Assembly: GCA_965112735.1 (NCBI GenBank)
Contig: OZ218962.1
Location: 1,240,001 to 1,304,000, forward strand
Origin: Phaeosaccion multiseriatum
Taxonomy: Eukaryota; Protista; Ochrophyta, other classes
Length of the DNA stretch: 64,000 nucleotides
Reading direction: 5' to 3'
Positions 14,841-26,885 of the stretch are shown piece after piece; the stretch's first letter is position 1; each line of letters begins with the position of its first letter. Position numbers and translations under genes: made by a program. The notes below the pieces were generated by a model. That model searched no databases, had not been told where the DNA came from, and was given only the letters and a program-made list of their open reading frames with translations.

Positions 14841-17559
14841 GAGGAGAAAGAGGGGGAGAGGGAGGGCGGCGAGGATGGAGGGGAGGAAAAGGCAGGAACC
14901 GCGGGAGTTGAAGCCGCGAAGGCAGCGATAACCACCATTCGAGAGTCGATGCACAGCGCAGGACGAATACACTACTTTCACTGCAAAGGTAAGGCGGTCG
15001 TCCAAGGAAGGAAGGGTATGGAGGGGGGTCAACCGAGTTTTCTCCGCAGCTGCTGAGCCAAAGCTTCTGTGGGCCTGTCGGCCGCTCCTCTGGTCTCTGG
15101 TTGTCTCTCGTCCCCGCAGCCGTGATGGAGCTTATGGAGACGGCAGAGGGCTCTCTCGCTACCAATCTTTTTGGCAGCTACACCTCACAGGTCCTGACGG
15201 ACTGGGCCGGCCTACTCAAGGCATACGAGAAGGACAACATCCTGCTGGCCGAGGCCGCGTGGATCGTCGCTCGCAACACGCAGCACCTCGCCCCGAGTCT
15301 GCGAAAGACCTTGGCGGCTGCAGAGAAACAGGTTTGCTTGTGGGTTGTTTCGCGGGGCGTCCTCCTCCTCGTTCTTCTCGTGTTTGTCGTCTGTTTTCAC
15401 GGTCCTCGCTCGTTCAGCATCTTCTCCCCCTCTCCTCCCCTTTCTCTCGACTCTCTTTGCTGCCTCCTCTCAGGACCAAGACTCGACAAAGAAGGCGCTG
15501 GAGTGCCGCCAGGGTATTCGCTCTCGACTCGAGCGCTTCGGGGAGGAGTGTCGCGCTCTTGGCCTCGAGCCCCCGCCAGGTGTGATCGTGCACTTGCCCG
15601 GGGGCAACAACACGGCAGACGACAACAGTGAGGGGCATCGGCACGCGGGTGACGATGGGAGTGGTAGTGGCAGTGGGAGTGCTGCTTTCTTGGCCACGTT
15701 GCTGGGTCCAATGTGGACTCCCAACAGTGGAATCCAAATAGGGGAGACAAGAGAGACGGAGAGCCAGGGTAGCAGCACCACCTCTGGCGGGGAAGAGGAG
15801 CACACGATGCTCTCACGCCTCGAGGCATACATTCGGGACAAAATGATGGAGCTTGCAACGGGCCTTCCGGAGCGCTTCAGGTGAAGGAAGAGGAAGCGGA
15901 TGTGAAGGCACGTGGAGGCTTGCAGTTGGAAGGGTGTGGGGTATATAAGTCACTTCTATTTGCCTCCTTTTGGGGGACTTACTCCAGGCACACATGCATA
16001 TGCCGGCCCCTCGCTGACTCTCTCCTACTTTCCTGGCGCCTTCCACGCGTATGTGCAACCCCCCTCAGGAAGGTGGAGTCTGCGATACGACGAGAGGAGT
16101 CAATAGGAGAAGCTCTCGCTTACTTTGAGAGCTTCCGCGCCTTCTTGCAGGAGATGCACCGAAAGAGTTTGGAGCGCAGTAGGGGAGGGCAGGAGGAGGG
16201 AGGGGGCTGCACAGACGAGGATAGAGGTCAATATTCAGCAGTAGGAGCAGCAGCAGGCGCGGATGAAGATGCGTTCCCTATTCTACGGGGGTTAGTAAGA
16301 GGGCTGGAGGCTGGCAGTGACGTGGTCACCGCCAAAAGTAGGGTAGCTGACAGCGAGTGGGAGATGGTTGCCAGGGAGGGAGAGGAGGAGCAGGAGGAGG
16401 ACGGAGAGGAGAAAGAGGCATCGCCAACAATAAGCCGAGCACCACCAGCACCAGGGGGTGAGACGCAGACACCGCACGCCTTGGAGAGCACCAAGGTGGC
16501 CAAGGAGGACAAGCGAAGAGGGGCGGAGGAGGAGGCAGTGGCCCTGGAGGCCTTCCTGTCCGCGAGAGTGGACGAGCTCAAAGACCACGCGGGTAACGTG
16601 GTCACCTTTGCCAACGTTTTCCAGGTAAAGATGGACGGGACTCGCCCCCGAGAGAGAGGGAGGGAGAGAGACAGGGAGAGGGAGAGGGAGAGAGAGACAA
16701 AGAGACAGCTACCGAGCGAGCGAGCGCGAGCGAATGGGCACTCCTCACTCCTTCGACTCGCCTGGGCGGTGGTCTCATCACAACACAGGATTTTAACCCT
16801 CTCTTCTCTGGACCCCTTTCTCTTGGCACTGCCACACTCTTCCCCTTACTCGGTATCGTGTCATGCTGTCGCCCCCCCCCACCCCCAAGGCATGCAACAA
16901 CCCGCTGGTAAAGGAGCAGCGCCAGGACAAGGTGGATCAGTGGTTAGGGGCGATTCGCGCTGTCCTGGCAGAGCTGAGAGACGAGAAGTTGCTCCAGCTG
17001 TACCTCATCAGAGACTCCCCCGCCTTCGTAGACAGGCTTGTAGCGGACCTTCTCTCTAAGGTGCGTGCGCTGCTGTCCTGTTTTGTCCTTGTCCTGCCCT
17101 TGTACTGGGGCCGTGTCAAGCTCTCCTACACGCCCTCCTTCTCTCCCTCTCTCTTCTGGACTTGATTTGAGAGCCTGCTCCCCACGCGTTCAAGCGAAAC
17201 AAAATCCCCGACCGGCGGCCTCTGAGTCGTTGCTCGCGCTTCTCACTCTTCTGTCTGAATGGTGTTTCCACGCTCTCTTGTTTGACTCGCTCGTCCAACC
17301 TGGCTGTTCCTGTCCCTCTACTGTGCCTGTGCTGCACGTGCATGCGAATACGCAGCCGCTACACTGCTGCAAGCTCGAGGCGGGGCGGCTTGAGGCAGAG
17401 CGGCGTCGAAAAGAGGGCCGTCTGAGAGCGTATGAGGCTAAGGAGCAGCTTGAGCGTGTCGTGAAGGAGACGCAGGTCGTCAAGGCACACTTGGAGCAGG
17501 CGCTGAGCGTGACGCTAAGGACTGATGTGCGCGTCGTGGGAGAAGTGAAGGCCCCGTAG
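14538..17559 (+). CDS. CDK5RAP3: CDK5 regulatory subunit-associated protein 3 (C53) homolog, multi-exon
   Basis: IHYFHCK, TNLFGSYTSQVLTDWAGLLKAYEKDNILLAEAA, LEAFLSARVDEL, LQLYLIRDSPAFVDRLV, C-terminus HLEQALSVTLRTDVRVVGE; start approximate. Confidence 0.85.
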
Positions 17560-18010
17560 AGAAGCATTCCCGATCCACGACACGCTGTTGGCACACGTCT
17601 ATGGCTGATAGCGCGCCGGCTGGCTGCCGCTATCGGCTCTTTCCCCTACCTCCCCCGGCAAAGATGTATGGGCGCGGTAGGTGACAGGCCGTACGTCCAC
17701 CGGCCGTGCCCTGCCCTGCCCATATGCCTGTCTGCATCCTGTTTGCCCCCCTCTGGCGGGGGAGGGGGGGCAATCGCTGGTAGCCGACCGGCTGATATCG
17801 CGGTAGCAGATAGCTGGCCGCCTGACATCGCGTTGGCAGGTTGACGTCAGATGACGGTGGAGGAGGACTTTTGCTCGAAACTGAAAGAAACTCTGGCTGC
17901 CCTCCGTCCGATCTAAGATCTTTGCTATGGGGAGGTGAGGCATTCACTGTCCCTATTTTCGAATTTGACGTGCTATTGATTTAAATCTGTTGTTATCGGT
18001 TGCACCTCAA

Positions 18011-19427
18011 TCGGCCCCTGACATGCTTCTGAGGCGACCCTGCTTCCTGCTTCCGGCCGGCCCCAGAGGGCCTGCTTCCTGCTTCTGGCCGGCGCCAGCC
18101 GGCCTGCTTCTGGGCTGGCCTCTCTCAGAAGCATGTTAGGGGCCGACCTGTAATCAGATATTCTTGTCCAGGGTCGACTCCCTCCCTCCCTCCCTCCCTC
18201 CCACCCTCCCTCCCTCCCTCCCTCCCTCCCTCCCTCCCTCTCACCCTCCCTCCCTCCCTCCCTCCCTCCCTCCCTCCCTCCCTCTCACCCTCCCTCCCTC
18301 CCTCCCTCCCTCCCTCCCTCCCTCCCTCCCTCCCTCCCTCCCTCCCTCCCTCCCTCCCTCCCTCCCTCCCTCCCTCCCTCCCTCCCTCCCTCCCTCCCTC
18401 CCTCCCTCCCTCCCTCCCTCCCTCCCCCTCCCTCCCTCCCTCCCTCCCTCCCTCCCTCCCTCCCTCCCTCCCTCCCTCCCTCCCTCCCTCCCTCCCTCCC
18501 TCCCTCCCTCCCTCCCTCCCTCCCTCCCTCCCTCCCTCCCTCCCTCCCTCCCTCCCTCCCTCCCTCCCTCCCTCCCTCCCTCCCTCCCTCCCTCCCTCCC
18601 TCCCTCCCTCCCTCCCTCCCTCCCTCCCTCCCTCCCTCCCTCCCTCCCTCCCTCCCTCCCTCCCTCCCTCCCTCCCTCCCTCCGTCCGTCCCTTCCTCCC
18701 TCCCTGCCTGCCTGCCTCCCTCATTCGTTCCCTCCCCCCCTCCCTCCCTCCCTCCCTCCCTCCCTCCCTCCCTCCCTCCCTCCCTCCCTCCCTCCCTCCC
18801 TCCCTCCCTCCCTTCCCTCTCCTCCCTCCCTCCCTCCCTCCCTCCCTCCCTCCCTCCCTCCCTCCCTCCCTCCCTCCCTCCCTCCCTCCCTCCCTCCCTC
18901 CCTCCCTCCCTCCCTCCCTCCCTCCCTCCCTCCCTCCCTCCCTCCCTCCCTCCCTCCCTCCCTCCCTCCCTCCCTCCCTCCCTTCCTGCCTGCCTCCCTC
19001 CCTCCCTGCCTGCCTGCCTCCCTCCCTCCTTCCCTCCCTCCCTCCCTCCCTGCCTGCCTGCCTGCCTGCCTCCCTCCCTCCCTCCCTCCCTCCCTCCCTC
19101 CCTCCCTCCCTCCCTCCCTGCCTTCCTCTCTGCCTCCCTGCCTTCCTGCCTGCCTCCCTCCCTCCCTCCCTCCCTCCCTCCCTCCCTCCCTCCCTCCCTC
19201 CCTCCCTCCCTCCCTCCCTCCCTCCCTCCCTCCCTCCCTCCCTCCCTCCCTCCCTCCCTCCCTCCCTCCCTCCCTCCCTCCCTCCCTCCCTCCCTCCCTC
19301 CCTCCCTTGCTTCCTGCTTCTGGCCGGCGCCAGAGGGCCTGCTTCCTGCTTCCTGCTTCTGGCCGGCGCCAGCCGGCCTGCTTCCTGCTTCTGGGCTGGC
19401 TTGTCAGGGGGGCATGTCAGGGGCCGA
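18011..19427. mobile_element. Composite MITE-family element: short TIR-bounded copy (18011-18146) plus ~1.1 kb (CCCT)n plus a second right end
   Basis: Left TIR at 18011, right TIRs ending 18146 and 19427; outer flanks share CCTCAA (18005-18010, 19428-19433); opposite orientation to copy 1. Confidence 0.75.
18179..19306. repeat. (CCCT)n/(GGGA)n polypyrimidine microsatellite
   Basis: Directly visible, with CCTG and CCTT variants. Confidence 0.98.
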
Positions 19428-19592
19428 CCTCAAATCCAAAACCAGGTAGCACAGATGGCACCAGACGGTTCTTTTCTTTTCTTCCCTCTCTCCTTCTCGC
19501 TCTTTACTCTTTACGATCAGCCGATCTCGCTCTCCCGTGCACAAGCAGCAGCTACCTTGTAGAGCAGGACTTCTTTCCTTGAGTAAGACATT

Positions 19593-19934
19593 ATGGCGAG
19601 GGACAAGGAGAGGCCCGAAGAGGAGACAGAGGAGCAGGAGCAGCGGCAGGGGACAGACGAAGAAGGGGAACAACCCCTCCCCCCCCCCCTCTATGGATAC
19701 GTCAGCTTGGGGGCAGCAGGGCCCGCGAGTGACTCTGGTGGGGAGGAGGAGGAGGACGATGATGATGAAGAGGAATACGGCAGCCTGGATTGTGGATCTG
19801 ACGAGCCAGCCGAGGAGAGCGAGTATTTAGGAGAGGCGGCAGAAGCTGGAGCAGGATGTGGAGTGGAGGAAGACCTCTCGGTGAGTTCTATTTCTCGTGC
19901 CCTTGAGAGCACGTTTATAGCTGTGTCTTGAGAA

Positions 19935-19980
<46 letters not shown>

Positions 19981-20548
19981 CTACAGCTGCCCCCTAATAT
20001 CTCAATCTCGTCGGCCTGTCTCTCGCCAGTTGGCGGATCGTGCACTCACAAACATCGAAGCGGAGTACCTTGCTTGTAGCGAAGCGGTGTGGACTGGCGA
20101 TTCCAGTACCATTGGCGACACGAGTGCACCGGTAGAGGAGAGTGAGGCACCGATAAATCCAGAGTTACCTCCACCACGCGACTCCCCAGCAGTGTCAGCA
20201 GCAGAGGGAGGAGGAGGAGGAGCTGGTGCACCAGCAGCGACGGCAGGATCCTCAGGGACTGCCAAGCACGCTCCCAGAAAGGCCGTCACTGTTGCAGACG
20301 CCCAGCGGAGAGCAGCAGAAGCGAAGAGGTCAAAGAAGGGCCGAACGACAGGAGCACCAGCAACGGCAGCAGCAGCGACTGTGGCAGGGCCAGGGGCACA
20401 AGGGTCCCTTCGCCCGCTGTCTCCACCCCCCGAGAGCGCGACACCGCAGTGGGCTCGAGGGCTGAATTGGGAGTCTTTGGATATGACCAAGATGTTGCAC
20501 GACCTCTCTGCTGGACAGGCCTCTCCCAAGGAGAAGGGGCGGAACTGA
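19593..20548 (+). CDS. Hypothetical acidic low-complexity protein, two exons
   Basis: ORFs 19593-19931 and 19928-20548 joinable through intron ~19880-20029 (gtgagt..cgccag); no confident family. Confidence 0.5.
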
Positions 20549-21009
20549 CTTCTGCCGGGCCTTTGATTAAAATCAATCTAATGTACAAACGTTTTGTGTG
20601 CAGTCAGTAGTACGAAGAGCAAACGGGGGGAGGGAGAGGGAGAAAAGAGAGGGAGGAAGGAGAGAGAGAAAGTAGCAACAGAGCGGCACAACCCAGACGA
20701 AATCGCAGGGAGAGAAAGAAAAACAGATACCGCCCAGCACCATGATATTTCTTAGCTCCGTCCTGCGTGCCTGGCTCTACCCAGTCGTCGAAACAGGAAA
20801 TTCTTCCTTCCCTTCAGGTGCCCTCTCCTTCTACACTTTCCCTCTACCCCCTTTCTTCCTTCCCCTCCCCTCTCTCATTTCAATGCCCCCGATATATCCC
20901 TTCCTTCCCCTCCCATCTCTGCTTCCATGCCCCGATATATCACAATCCTTCCCTCTCTCTCTCTCCTCCTTCAAGCGACAAGCTATGCAAGTAAGTAGTG
21001 CAACACGCT

Positions 21010-21600
21010 CTAAACGTTCTTAAAGTCGATGCCCTCGAACCACTCGTGGTCGTTGATCTCCTGGTCAATCTTGTCTCGCGTCTTCTGGTCCACGCTGTTC
21101 CAGGCCTCGTCAAAGGTCGTGTCGAGAGTTGTTCTGTTGCTGGCAAGGTGCTCTGCGGCTGCAACTGCTTCCTTGGCGTTCTCTCTTGCCTGGGCAGCGA
21201 AGGCTGCCATCTCTTCCCGCACCTGTCCATCGAAAGCAGCGAAAAAGGAGGGGAGGAAAGAAAAGTCAGCATGAAACGTCTATCGCCTATCCCATGTGGT
21301 GACCACTTTCAGCGATGAAACTGTCGTCACATTCCCCAATCTTCAACGAGCATTCCCACTCCGTCGTCGTCGTCGTCGTTGTCGTCTCTCTCTCTTTCCT
21401 TCGCCTCTGGCTCGCTCCCCTTCTCCCACCCCTCCTGCACGACTCCAGCGCCCTCCGCTTGGCCTCAACTGCCCTCAAGCAACTCCCCTACTCGCCTGGT
21501 CCATGCCGGACAGGTCCACAGTCGGCTTCTCGTCCATCTTGGGCAGGAGCGCCTCTCCCTTGGCCTTGTGCGCCTAGGGACAAGAAAGAGTGACAGAGGG

Positions 21601-21637
<37 letters not shown>

Positions 21638-22350
21638 CGCAGAACGGGAAAGGGCAGTTGGAACGGCGGTCAGAAGCTGGCGGTAAGGGGAAAGGAGGGA
21701 GAGAGGGGATGCTATTGCCGTGTGGTGCATGAAAGAGGGGCAAATCTATTGCACCAGACCCACATCCCCTCGCCTACGGCCCCTGGCAGCCTCGTAACGG
21801 CTTTCTTCGTCTCGCTCGTCCCTCTCCCCCTTCCGTACTCTAGATGTTCTGCTGGACATTCCGCCCAGCTTCAAACCAAAAGCACTGCCCAAGCCCTCGG
21901 CCAGCGATGCGTTTGCCGCGGCTGGAGGAAAAGCTATGCGGCTGCGGCTGGCGGTAGTGCTCTGGCTCTCCCTTCCCAGGGCCCTCACTGGGGCCGTCGT
22001 TCCGCCTCGCCTCTTCGCTGCCCTGCCCATTGCGACTTGCCATAGGGCCCGCTTCTCCAAATATTCGACTCTGGGCCTCCCCTCCTCTCTTCGCTTTTCG
22101 CTATTCCCTTCACACAACAAAAAGCCTACCCTCCAGCGCTGTTGCCCTCGCTCTACAAAGAGCTCTAGCCCGTCCTCTCTTCGAGCACTGCAATCCACGC
22201 CATCTCCTCCTGCCTCTACCCAAGTCCTTCTTCACACAGTCTCTCGGTCTTGACGCCTTACCAAAATTTCTTTGCGCATGCTCGGGGGGCAGTAGGGCAG
22301 GAAAGCCTCGTAGTTTGGAATGTCGGGCTTCTTGGCAGACATCAGGTACT
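21010..22350 (-). CDS. Hypothetical protein; 3' exons clear, 5' structure unresolved
   Basis: Terminal exon VREEMAAFAAQARENAKEAV...NDHEWFEGIDFKNV*, preceded by exon AHKAKGEALLPKMDEKPTVDLSGMDQ. Confidence 0.45.
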
Positions 22351-23274
22351 CGGCCGCCAGAGCATTGGTCTTTGACTTGCCCTCGTTCACACGCATCTTA
22401 ACCTCATCCCCAAACACCCTCGACAGAGTGGCCCTGTAGTGCGAAAATCGTCAAGGCAGGGAGGGCAAAGCAGGTGATCTTTGTTAGTCTGGAAGGGGCA
22501 AGAAGTCTGGTGTTCCTCGTACTGCCGTCCGGCGGCAAAAAATTCCAGAATGAGACTGCCTGCCTGCAGGCTGCAACCAATCTGACGTCGTGCAGTAGAG
22601 TTGCAGCTCTTCTGCTGCAATTTCCTGCTTTGCCCCCCTTACTAGACTGCTGCTGAAGATCAAACAAGCCGAGCTGCGAAGCAGTGAGCCCTCCGTTCCA
22701 CACCGAGACACGCACACTGCAACGCTCGACGTGCCACCGCACAGGCCACCATCCACACAGCATTCGACGTTAGATGCATACGCCCTCTTCGTCATCCCCC
22801 TCCCTCCCTTGCCTCCACATCCAGGCAACAGACAGTGCGCACACTCATCCCCTTCTCCTCCCTCCTTCTTCTCCTCCTCAGCATCCAAAGCTGAAGCGCT
22901 CGCTGCATAATTAACCCCCCTCCTGTGCACACAACTCACCAGTACTGCTGGTGGTCCGCGCGTCTCACTGCTGTACGAAGCATGGTCCTATGTGCCGCTT
23001 CTCCGAACTGCAGCGACTCCCACGCACACGTCCACGCCTGGGGAAATCCCCACGAAATTGACAGGCAAATTGTTTACCCAATTTCTGTAACTATATTTTC
23101 TGTTTTTCCCCTTGGCTGCTCTTGTTTTTAGAGCAAAGCGCCATGCTTTGCTAGGGGTGTGTGCTACACCCAGGGTGGGCGCACCTGCCTTTCTTTGCTT
23201 GAAGGAAGGGCGTCGTGTTTGAGGGACGAGACGAGCAGGAGAAGTACATAGATCGAGAAGGCACCTCACAAAAC

Positions 23275-25230
23275 ATGGGGGAGCAAAATGGTCGCAGGAG
23301 GAGGAGGCGGAGAGACGAGGGAGCGGACGGAGACCAGAACATACGAGAAGTCGCCAGAGATCAGGTCCCACCGCCTGAGCTTCGATGGGGCAAGAGAGAA
23401 GTCTACAAGCCGGCGTGGAGGGTGGTGCTGGGGGCGCTGCCCAAGAAGGCAGGGAGCACAGAGCCTGCGGCCCGCGTCAAGCTTCTCGACGCAGTCCTAA
23501 TGGACGAGACTGGTGGGGGGCAGCCCAGCGCCTACGTGTTTACTGCAGCTGACGGTGTGGTGAAGAAGAAGGGGGAACGTAGCCTCAGGTACGCACCATT
23601 GCCAATGAAGTGGATTCTGCTGCACGCTGGTTGCACGTACTAACCTGCTCTCGCTCTCTGTGCATGTCTCAGTCTCAAGAGCATCGAAAAGGACTTTCTT
23701 CGCAAGGCTCTTTCCCAGCCGCCACCGGCGCATCTCCAGCACCCGCAGCAGCAGCAACAGCACCAGCACCAGCAGCAACAGGAGCCCGCACCCGCCAGCC
23801 CTACTCCCGAGGGCGGGGGCAGCGTCGCCAGCGCCGGAGCGGGGCCGCTGTCTCTAGCCGAGCAGCTGGAGCTCCAGCCCGTGGCCGTGGCACAAACCTC
23901 CACTGGAGAGTACACAACCATCACGAGAAGTCAGCTCCGTAGCGCGGTCAAGTCAGGCATCATCAGCGCGGAGTTCAGCTGCCTCTATCCGTACATCCCC
24001 GCCAAGGACTTTGCCACAACGGGATGCTTTGTCAACTACCGACATCGCTACGGCCTAGACGACTCCGGAGTGCAGACGGGCCGCCCTATCCGGATCACGG
24101 CGGGGAATATCAAAGGCTCAGTGAGGAGGCCAGACGGCGGCAGTGGCAACAGCAGTAGCAACAGCAGCACCGCCATTGCCCTTCTCAGTCGCAATGGTCA
24201 GGTCAACGCACAGATGGAGGCCACTGCGCGCTCCGTGGCCCTGGCACTGGAGAGGTACCACCGGTGCCGCGTGGTGTCGCTGACGACGGAGTATGTGCTC
24301 GACGCCACCGATCAGCTGTGGCTGGTAGGGGCAGCGGAGGCCACACTGGCCAAGCGGCCTCTTCCGACGATGTCTACCGTCTCGTCTTTGTCTGGGGCGG
24401 GAGGGTCCCTCAGTCCGACTGGCCGGACGTGGACAGCCCCGTCGACCGGTACTGAGGGTCAGGGTCGGGCCTCGGAGGGGGGGGGGGCTGGAGCTGGTGG
24501 CGAGACTGCCTCTTCCTCTTACCAGAGCACGGGGAGCGGCCGCGGCGGTGGCGCTGGTGATCAGAGCAGTCTCTTCGCCACGGAGCGGCGCAGCAAAGCA
24601 TGGCAGGATCGATTCAACGCTGCGGTGCCTGACGACTCCACCTTCTCTCGCATGCTGGAGGATGTGGGGTACTCCTCGCCGCATAGGGGAAGGAACGCCC
24701 AGCAACAGCAACAGCAGCAACAGCAGCAACAGCAGCAGCAGAGTCGACGGCGCAGGCAGCGCGGGCGGGAATGCTTGCGGGAAGGGTTCGAGGAAGAGGA
24801 AGGCCTCGCCACAAGTGGTGGTCTTACTGGACCCTTCGGAACCTTTGGAACCTCCGGAACCTTTGGAGCGGCGGGGGGCGGCTCCTCCCCCATCAGCACG
24901 ATGGGGAGCACAATGGGCGGCACAATGGGGGGGCCGGGGGGGCACAATCCCTTTGCGGTAACGGACGAGGATGTGCGAGAGAGGCATCAGCAGCTCGTGG
25001 AGGACCGGCGAAGGGCGCATATTAGCACTCCCGTGGACTTTACCAGCGCGGCACCGGAGCTCAACGTGCCTGGCACGGCACACCTGACGGGCACCACGCA
25101 GAGAGAGGGCTGCAGAGGGGACTTTTGTCTGTTTGATGTGGGCCACAAGCTAAGGGCCTTGGAGGATGGGAAGAAGTTTCTAGACGTGGCCGCCGCGCAG
25201 TGTGACGCAGTGGCAGTAGCAGTTGGTGAT

Positions 25231-25268
<38 letters not shown>

Positions 25269-26832
25269 CGATGATGACGACACGGCCTCCCACGTACCTC
25301 ACCCCACGCTGTCCCGCATGCGCGAAACCATCCTTCAGCGGGCCCACACGTACTGCGAAGGGGCGGACAAGGGGCTGGTGGAAGGCCAGAGCGGCAGCGG
25401 CAGCGGCAGCGGCAGCACTGGTGGGGTAGTAGCAGCAGCAGGGGCAGCAGGAGGGGCAGCAGCAGGGAGGGGCAGAGATGGCGCCATTCCTGTGGCCGCC
25501 AATGAGACAGGGCGGGGGCCTTCGCTAGTCATGCACCTTGACCAGGAGCAATGCCAGCCGCTGGACCGGTACGAGATACCCTACAAGGACGTAATACAGG
25601 CGCGTAAGGAGAAGCAGCTCGTGGACATTTTCCTTCGCCGCTACCTCAAGGGCGAGGAAGGAGTAAGCTATGTGGCCACGACGCAGGGGTTTGAGGAGCA
25701 GTTACTCCTGGGGGAGAGATTCCCCGGGGTGTACTACCGAAACGTTAAGGTGTGCGGCAACTGCCGTCAGGTCTATACACTCATCGAGGAGGCGCGCTCG
25801 AAGGCCTTGCAGAGGCTAGGAGGAGGAGGAGGAGGAGGAGGAGGAGGAGGAGGAGGAGGAGGAGGAGGAGGAGGAGGAGGAGGAGGAGGAGGAGAAGGAG
25901 GAGGAGGAGAAGGTGGAAGAGAGGGAGGAGGAAGGGCGACGGGGGTAGACGGGGGCGGGCGGAAGCAGTTGTCGCTACGAGGCGGGTCACGGGCCGGACC
26001 GGGAGCAGGACTCACCTTCTCAAACGTCCGACCGAAGAAGCGAAGAGGGAGAGCGACCGAGGGGGGGGGGGGGGAGGAAGCAGGCAAGATAGGGGACGCG
26101 GGAGAGGCAGGGCAGCGCTATGACCACACATTTCCAAATTCTCCGGCGAAGCGAGTGGCCTTCTTCTCGAGTGCACCCGGTGGAGGTGGGGAGGCACCGC
26201 TATCGCTACCGCCCGGCGGAGGAGACGACAAGGGGGGAGGAGGAGGAGGAGGAGGAGGAGGAGGAGGAGGAGGAGGAGGAGGAGGAGGAGGAGGAGGAGG
26301 AGGAGGAGGAGGAGGAGGAGGAGGAGGAGGAGGAGGAGGAGGAGGAGGAGGAGGAGGAGGAGGAGGAGGAGGAGGAGGAGGAGGAGGAGGAGGAGGAGGA
26401 GGAGGAGGAGGAGGAGGAGGAGGAGGAGGAGGAGGAGGAGGAGGAGGAGGAGGAGGGGGTGGACGCGGGGAGGAGGAGGAAGGGGAGGAGGAGAAGAAGG
26501 GGAGGGTGTCAGGACTTACCGTGAAGGTGAACGGTTTCGAGTACAGTCCTGAGAGTGTGGCCATGAAGGAGGCAAGGGAGGCGGTGCAGGCACTCACCAA
26601 AAACGACGTCGCAGGTGAGTGAGGAGGGAGAGAGGCAGAGAGGTGGAAAGAGGAGAGGTTACTCTCTGGAAGCCGCCCTACTGCTACTCTTCTCCCTCTT
26701 CCTCCCACCACTCGCTCTGAGCACTCCTTCGCTTTGCACTTGCACTCAATGCACTTCACCCCCCCTCCCCCCCCCCCCCACACACACATACACACACATA
26801 CACACGCACACACATACACACACACATACACA

Positions 26833-26885
<53 letters not shown>

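Noticed and set aside
18125-19582. Long PPSL/REGG ORFs here and at 55202-60737
   Set aside because: Stop-free translations of (CCCT)n/(GGGA)n repeats, not genes
19593-20548. MEA1-like assignment from the TPQWA motif
   Set aside because: A single short motif is insufficient
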